This document shows, piece by piece, positions 26,910-32,000 of a DNA stretch of 32,000 nt (within the stretch, counting starts at the first letter, position 1; every line of letters begins with the position of its first letter). The translations under genes were made by a program, and so were the position numbers. The notes beneath the pieces were generated by a model. The model was not told where the DNA came from, searched no databases, and worked only from the letters and a program-made list of their open reading frames with translations. This DNA comes from Mastigocladopsis repens PCC 10914 (GTDB lineage: Bacteria > Cyanobacteriota > Cyanobacteriia > Cyanobacteriales > Nostocaceae). The DNA lies in the NCBI RefSeq assembly GCF_000315565.1, contig NZ_JH992901.1:5362499-5394498 (forward strand), read 5' to 3'.

Positions 26910-27826
26910 CGAATTAACTCCAATTGAGGTAGCTGTAAATCCCTATCGATGACTTGTTTCATGCTTTGAACAGCTAATTTAATTCCTGGGAAAATATTCA
27001 CCCCCAATTCTTCTAATTCTTCCGCTTCCTGAGATTCTGTAATGGCACCAGCTATCCATAACTCCTGCGGTTCAATATCCTGATTTTTGACCTTTCTTAC
27101 CAATTCCCCAATTGATATTTCTTCTTCATTCTCTTCAAAGCAGTAAAGAATACGGGGAGCGAAGTCATGAGTCCATCGTAAAACTAAACTTTCGGGAGAA
27201 AAATCGTAGAGAAAGCGAGAATGATTACCTGCTACTTCGCCCAGAGAACTCAAACCATCTAGAACTGCAATTATGCGAGATTTATCTTTCAGACGTTCTG
27301 GAGTTAATGCAAATCCATATTGATAACGAGTTGCATGAACCTCAGTTCCATAAAGTGAAGTCCGTCCTTTTTTACCACTAGCAGCATTGAAGGTTAAATC
27401 ACCACTAAAAGGTGTTGTAGAAACAGCACGAGTTACTTCCAAAACTCCTCGTTTAGCTGTTGTTGTACCTTTAGGTGCTTTTTTTCCTTTTTGTTTGGGT
27501 TCATCTGAAGCTTCAACTTTTGCACCCTCTGCACGCATAAAACCTAATACATCATCATCAATAAAATTGGTGTCATCAAAATTTTCATTTTGCCAAATAT
27601 TATCATTGGCATCATCATCCCAACGACGATTAACTTGATAACCGTTGCCAGCAGTCTGCCAGTAGTAGCGTAATGCCCAACGAATTGCCTCAGATGAAAC
27701 TGTTGTATGTACTTCTCCCTTCCAAAGAATTTTTTGTAAGGTTGTAATATTACCTTCGTTTTCTCCACGATTATTGGCAGCAGTACCATACCCAGTCAAC
27801 ACATTTCCAAATAAATGAAACGACAT
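26906..27826 (-). CDS. cas7: Cas7 (Cst2/DevR-like backbone subunit)
   Basis: MSFHLFGNVLTGYGTAANNRGENEGNITTLQKI is a typical Cas7 N-terminus. I prefer the ATG at 27826, which is preceded by AGGAG, over the ORF-track start at 27856. Confidence 0.85.
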   Translation of the reverse strand: MSFHLFGNVLTGYGTAANNRGENEGNITTLQKILWKGEVHTTVSSEAIRWALRYYWQTAGNGYQVNRRWDDDANDNIWQNENFDDTNFIDDDVLGFMRAEGAKVEASDEPKQKGKKAPKGTTTAKRGVLEVTRAVSTTPFSGDLTFNAASGKKGRTSLYGTEVHATRYQYGFALTPERLKDKSRIIAVLDGLSSLGEVAGNHSRFLYDFSPESLVLRWTHDFAPRILYCFEENEEEISIGELVRKVKNQDIEPQELWIAGAITESQEAEELEELGVNIFPGIKLAVQSMKQVIDRDLQLPQLELIR

Positions 27827-27883
27827 TTTTGAAATCTCCTCAAGAATTACAAGCATTTACAAAAATCTAATTTCTTCAAACTT

Positions 27884-29383
27884 TTAAATGCCAATATCAA
27901 TTACATCATCTTCATTAGAAACACCTTTACCTTTATAACTAGCTAACGCCAGCAAAGCTAAATCTCTCGATTTTTTCCAGTTCTTCTCAGCCATCACAAA
28001 CTCCATTAACTCTTCCCAATGTTCCTGTAAAGTGGGTAATTTCCCTGCTCGTGACCAAAAATCAGTAATAAATTCTCGAAATGTATCCGAATTTTTACAT
28101 CTACTTAATCCGGTTCTGATTTTTACAGTGACACGTTCAAAATTAGGAATCTCACCAGGTTTAGTTTTATCAGCAACTTGACCATAAGTATAATTGATTG
28201 CCTCATGGCAAGCTTGAACAAATAGTTTTTCGCGTTCATCTGATTTAACTTTCTGAATCACTTGATATAGCCCTCCCCTTTCGTAAGCTAACTTTTTGAA
28301 TAATTCGTTACTGTTTACTTTTTCGGAAATACCAGAATACCAAGGTTGATTTCTAGCTAAGTTTTCAGCAATTAATTCCTTAGCAAAGCTAGTTACCACA
28401 AAATTACTATCCTTACCTTCAATTGATTTATCTTTCAACCAATCTTTACAAACCTGATAGTTGTGACAAATCTCGTCATTGGCTTTTACCACATACATAT
28501 CTGTCCGAGTTTTTTGTTGAGTTGCCCATGCAACAGTTCCCAAAGTGAAAACTTGGCAACGCGATACACCAAAGTCTCTAGTAATATCTATTGTTGTTTC
28601 TAAAGTCAAAAATTTTAGCCCTGCATCACCTAAACCTGATGCATGAAAATCTTTGTAAGTGGCATATCTTAAGTTTTGATTTTGACGATATTGGGCATAC
28701 TTTTCTAAATCTGTAATTTCCGGAACTACCAATGCATACTGAGCACGTTTATCTCGCAACTTCGAGCGCAGAATGTAGTAATAACAAGCGACGGGAGCAA
28801 ATAACAGAACAAATGCATCTTCTGGAAGTTCTTCAAAAGAAGTATCAGAACTGAAAGCAACATGACGTACCACTGCACCAGGATTTAACCACCCAGCAAC
28901 ACTAATTGGTTTTGTCAGTAATTGCCCGTTTTTATCACAAAGGTTACTGGCAAAATCTTGATAAGCATAGCTTTGTAAGGTTTTATATGTAACCTGAATC
29001 TCTTTTTCCCCCTCACCTAATGATAGAGATTCGGTTTTGGTTCCACTCGATTTATGGGTGCTGGTATGCTGTAAAAAAGTGCCAAGAATTCCCTGGTGTA
29101 CAATTACCTGAGCGTCCTTACGCATAGTTTGTGAATCTAAACCGCGAAGGGCAATTAGTCCATCATTTATTTGGAATGATTCTTTTAATAGCCATTCCAA
29201 AACTGTTTTATCGCTTCTTTCCCAATTTAAGATGACTTTTCGGTTGGAAAGCTGCCAATTTAACCCCTCTGGACGAGCCACTTTTTCTATTTCTAACTGC
29301 TTTAAAGTCATCCATAACCCAGCTAAACCAGCACAATGCAATAAAGTAAAGCTAGGATTACCTAAATCAAACTCTAATTTCAC
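27884..29383 (-). CDS. cas8: Cas8-like large subunit (Cas8a1/Csx13-like of MYXAN-type loci)
   Basis: 499-aa ORF in the large-subunit position between cas3 and cas7. Its GTG start overlaps the cas3 stop (GTGA). The C-terminal third is helical. The family assignment rests on position and on a loose recollection of Csx13. Confidence 0.6.
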   Translation of the reverse strand: MKLEFDLGNPSFTLLHCAGLAGLWMTLKQLEIEKVARPEGLNWQLSNRKVILNWERSDKTVLEWLLKESFQINDGLIALRGLDSQTMRKDAQVIVHQGILGTFLQHTSTHKSSGTKTESLSLGEGEKEIQVTYKTLQSYAYQDFASNLCDKNGQLLTKPISVAGWLNPGAVVRHVAFSSDTSFEELPEDAFVLLFAPVACYYYILRSKLRDKRAQYALVVPEITDLEKYAQYRQNQNLRYATYKDFHASGLGDAGLKFLTLETTIDITRDFGVSRCQVFTLGTVAWATQQKTRTDMYVVKANDEICHNYQVCKDWLKDKSIEGKDSNFVVTSFAKELIAENLARNQPWYSGISEKVNSNELFKKLAYERGGLYQVIQKVKSDEREKLFVQACHEAINYTYGQVADKTKPGEIPNFERVTVKIRTGLSRCKNSDTFREFITDFWSRAGKLPTLQEHWEELMEFVMAEKNWKKSRDLALLALASYKGKGVSNEDDVIDIGI

Positions 29384-31800
29384 TGTTCTGCCCCTACCTC
29401 TTCGCTGTAGCGAATTCTGCCTTTTAGAGTGATGGGATAGAATCCCCTACGTTCCCATTGATAGTAGTCTTTCTCAATTCGGATAGGTACTGACCAAGCT
29501 TGTGCTTCCTGTTTGAACAATTTCATCCGGGATTCATTTATGCCTCGTTTGAGTAATTCTTGTCTGCGCTGTTCGGCAATATCCCATATCGCTGTTTCAT
29601 CCTCACCCAATAACACGGTAATTGTGTATCCACCTTCACGTAGAAAATCTGGGCGATTACACCAGTTATCTTCCAACCAACTTGATTTAACTTGCTCGAC
29701 TTTCTCTGAGTGAAGACGGGCAGCGACTTGTGCTAAATCTCGTTGAGAAATACCTGTTTTACCAGAAAATTCTTGAATTAATTGTTTTCCTGTGGCAAGT
29801 TCTGCCAAATCATAGGGTCGTCCATCATTATTCCAAGGATAAATAATTGCCTGTTTTGCCCCTTCTTCTGGTTTCGTCATTCTGCGGTTCAGTCTTCCTA
29901 AGCGTTGAATTAAAGATGCTGCGGGAGCCATTGCAGATATCAAGAAATCAGCGCTTAAATCCAACGACATTTCACAAACTTGCGTAGTGATAGCCAAGAC
30001 TGGTTCATTTTTTCCAAAGGCTTCAATTACAGCTTTATGCTTTTTAAGTCTATCTTTGTAACGGTAACGACTGTGATAAATTAACGGTTCGAGGCTTAAC
30101 TGTGGTAATTGTTCAGCAAGCTTAATTTTGGCTGTGCGATAAATTTTGATACAGCTTGGTACAGAATTAGTTACCCATAACACTTTCTGCTTATTTCTGA
30201 GAGCTTCTATTACAGGTTGCCAGATTTCCTTTTCATCAAAGTCAGTTACTTCAGGGACATATTTAATGTCGTAACGCTTAAGTTCCTCTAGTTCCTTTGG
30301 TCCTTCGATGGGTTCGTCTAATTCTTCGCCTTGTTCTGCAAGTACTTGACGAATAGCTTGTAACTGTTCGGGAGTAAAACTGGCACTCATCAAGAGAATG
30401 GGCGCACCGCGAAACGCTTTGATAAATTTCAACAATGCACCAAAAAGACGTGTATCGTATGCGTGGACTTCATCAAATACAAAAGCTGATTGAGCGATCG
30501 CCGCCCAGGAGTAAAGCGGCTTGCGATTGTTTTGAATTAAGCCCAATACAGAATCAACTGTACAGACAATCAGTTTCTTCCGCCATGCCTGAAAAGCCAT
30601 TAATCGAGCATCGATACCCTCAGAATCATCAGATTCCCCAGAAAATAGTAGTTCTCGATCCAAATCTGCACGAGAATGCATTAAAGCTGCTTCGATTTCT
30701 GTACCATCTGCATAGTCGATATATCCCTGTGAAGCTGTACCTGTAGTTGGATAAGAAAAAAATAGTTTACGTCCTACTGCCCATTTTTCTCCCCAAGCGT
30801 ATGCACCAATCGTTTTACCTGTTCCACAACCTGCTTTGACAAGCGTTACTCGACGACGCGATTTGGCAATTAACTCTTGAAAGGGACGTAACTTTTGACC
30901 TTTTAGGCGTTGATTGACTAATTTCTGAATATCTTCTTTTGAAAGTTGCAATGATAAGACTTGTTCAATCCATTCCTTGAAGTCTTCTTCAGCTAGAGGT
31001 AACGCAGAACCAGCCAAATCTGCTGCAATTACCGTTGCTTTCACAGCAGCAATAAATTTTTGCTGCTCCCAATCTAGTTGCGATTCAAACTGAATAAATT
31101 CGTTACGTAGATTTATTAAAGCCTTTTGTAATTGTGACTTTGACCAAATTTCTGGAGGTAAGTCTGGTAAGCTTTCAGGTAATCCTAAAGCTTTATGACC
31201 CATTTTCAAAACAGCTTGAAAGTCTGAATGATGGGTATAAAACTTTAATTCATCTCCAATACCTGAAGGAATTTCAGCTATAAATTCTGCGGCTTGATTA
31301 TTTTGATTTATTCCTATTTTTAAATGATGTCCCATTGCTGCCCAAACAGCAATCATCAAGTTTGCATTCTGGCATTGTTCCAACCATTCCCTAAAGGTAG
31401 GTACTTGCAACGCCAAAATACCGCTAATAATTTCATGACGCAGCATTTGTTTGTCTGAATGCTCCTTGGAAAGTGCCAAAATTCGCTTTCTATAATCTCG
31501 GAGCTTTGGATCTGGTGATTTAGGATCAAGAGTTTTCAGGTAAACCATCTCCTGAAAATGTTGATTTGCTTTACCCCAATCATGTAAGTACGCGCCTAAT
31601 CTAACTGTCGTTGCAAAGTAATCTAAATCAATATGTTTTATCCCTAATTGCTGGAGAATGGGCTTACCCAAGTTACCTACCAAAACATCAGCCGCTTGCA
31701 CCACCAAGCTGATATGTCCTGTATACTTTGCAGCGCCTCGTGCTATATCGTTTTTGTTCTCCTCTACTGATAACGATTTAGCCAACAACACCTTAAACAT
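29380..31800 (-). CDS. cas3: Cas3 (N-terminal HD nuclease fused to an SF2 helicase)
   Basis: HD motifs are YLHDWGKANQHF and MGHHLK. Helicase motif I is AGCGTGKT, motif II is FDEVHAYD and motif VI is QRLGRLNRR. I prefer the ATG at 31800 (MFKVLLAKS), preceded by GGAGG. The 19-codon upstream extension in the ORF track overlaps cas6. Confidence 0.9.
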   Translation of the reverse strand: MFKVLLAKSLSVEENKNDIARGAAKYTGHISLVVQAADVLVGNLGKPILQQLGIKHIDLDYFATTVRLGAYLHDWGKANQHFQEMVYLKTLDPKSPDPKLRDYRKRILALSKEHSDKQMLRHEIISGILALQVPTFREWLEQCQNANLMIAVWAAMGHHLKIGINQNNQAAEFIAEIPSGIGDELKFYTHHSDFQAVLKMGHKALGLPESLPDLPPEIWSKSQLQKALINLRNEFIQFESQLDWEQQKFIAAVKATVIAADLAGSALPLAEEDFKEWIEQVLSLQLSKEDIQKLVNQRLKGQKLRPFQELIAKSRRRVTLVKAGCGTGKTIGAYAWGEKWAVGRKLFFSYPTTGTASQGYIDYADGTEIEAALMHSRADLDRELLFSGESDDSEGIDARLMAFQAWRKKLIVCTVDSVLGLIQNNRKPLYSWAAIAQSAFVFDEVHAYDTRLFGALLKFIKAFRGAPILLMSASFTPEQLQAIRQVLAEQGEELDEPIEGPKELEELKRYDIKYVPEVTDFDEKEIWQPVIEALRNKQKVLWVTNSVPSCIKIYRTAKIKLAEQLPQLSLEPLIYHSRYRYKDRLKKHKAVIEAFGKNEPVLAITTQVCEMSLDLSADFLISAMAPAASLIQRLGRLNRRMTKPEEGAKQAIIYPWNNDGRPYDLAELATGKQLIQEFSGKTGISQRDLAQVAARLHSEKVEQVKSSWLEDNWCNRPDFLREGGYTITVLLGEDETAIWDIAEQRRQELLKRGINESRMKLFKQEAQAWSVPIRIEKDYYQWERRGFYPITLKGRIRYSEEVGAEQ

Positions 31801-32000
31801 TTCTACCTCCCTTACAAGGCAAGAAATATCCACAACCAAGGTGTCTTTTGCCACCAATCCCTAACTGCTGTAACTTTAAAGAATCATCATCACTTAAGCC
31901 TGAAACTTCTGTTGTAAAACCAACAATGGTATATCGTTTGACTTTAAGCGTTTTACGACTAAAAGCACCTTTTTTATCTACCGGAATAGAAAGTTTCCCT
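31793..32000 (-). CDS. cas6: Cas6 C-terminus (partial; the gene continues beyond the right edge)
   Basis: Not in the ORF track. The minus-strand frame is open from 31999 to the TAA at 31795..31793. It reads GKLSIPVDKKGAFSRKTLKVKRYTIVGFTTEVSGLSDDDSLKLQQLGIGGKRHLGCGYFLPCKGGRNV. GIGGKRHLGCG fits the Cas6 C-terminal glycine-rich loop. The stop overlaps the cas3 ATG by 8 nt. Confidence 0.6.
   Translation of the reverse strand, partial: GKLSIPVDKKGAFSRKTLKVKRYTIVGFTTEVSGLSDDDSLKLQQLGIGGKRHLGCGYFLPCKGGRNV

Noticed and set aside
31801-31857. 19-codon N-terminal extension of the cas3 ORF (MVAKDTLVVDISCLVREVE)
   Set aside because: It overlaps the C-terminal Gly-rich loop region of cas6 in another frame. 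The downstream ATG at 31800 has a GGAGG Shine-Dalgarno sequence.

Overview
The window looks like a filamentous (Nostoc/Anabaena-type) cyanobacterial chromosome. I counted at least 10 copies of the HIP1 octamer GCGATCGC, where about 0.5 would be expected by chance, and the gene content is typical of cyanobacteria. All family calls rest on motif recognition from memory; I ran no database searches.

Left third, about 1-11.7 kb (housekeeping and metabolism):
- the 5' end of an orange-carotenoid-protein gene
- a fused pyrF-pyrE
- a Tat-exported Mo-oxidoreductase with its cytochrome b partner
- an HTH / AAA-like ATPase / GGDEF protein with non-canonical catalytic motifs
- a GH65 phosphorylase fused to beta-phosphoglucomutase, next to a divergent sucrose-synthase paralogue

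Middle, about 11.7-20.8 kb (an accessory zone in decay):
- a long AT-rich intergenic region holding a 23-bp-arm hairpin and a roughly 290-bp MITE-like palindromic element
- an mgtA-like P-type ATPase that has lost its signature motifs and C-terminal membrane half
- a ureidoglycolate-lyase-like gene and a DoxX-like gene
- a cysteine-free C-type lectin with a PEP-CTERM anchor
- ABC-transporter fragments
- two CheY-like receivers, one frameshifted in an A6 run, and a DUF2294 gene
- a multiply frameshifted SF2 helicase remnant

Right third, 20.8-32 kb (a complete type I CRISPR-Cas locus on the minus strand):
- The gene order is cas6 (partial) - cas3 - cas8-like - cas7 - cas5 - [Uma2 nuclease] - cas4/cas1 fusion - cas2, then a leader and the array. 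This order resembles I-B/MYXAN (DevTRS) loci.
- The array has 35 identical 36-nt repeats and 34 spacers.

Most interesting observations:
- A Uma2/DUF820 PD-(D/E)xK nuclease gene is embedded in the cas operon.
- A solitary degenerate CRISPR repeat follows it directly and ends 19 nt upstream of the cas4/cas1 start.
- A very GC-rich in-frame insertion sits in cas5.
- The leader-distal repeat of the array abuts a truncated helicase pseudogene.

I recognised no rRNA or tRNA genes.
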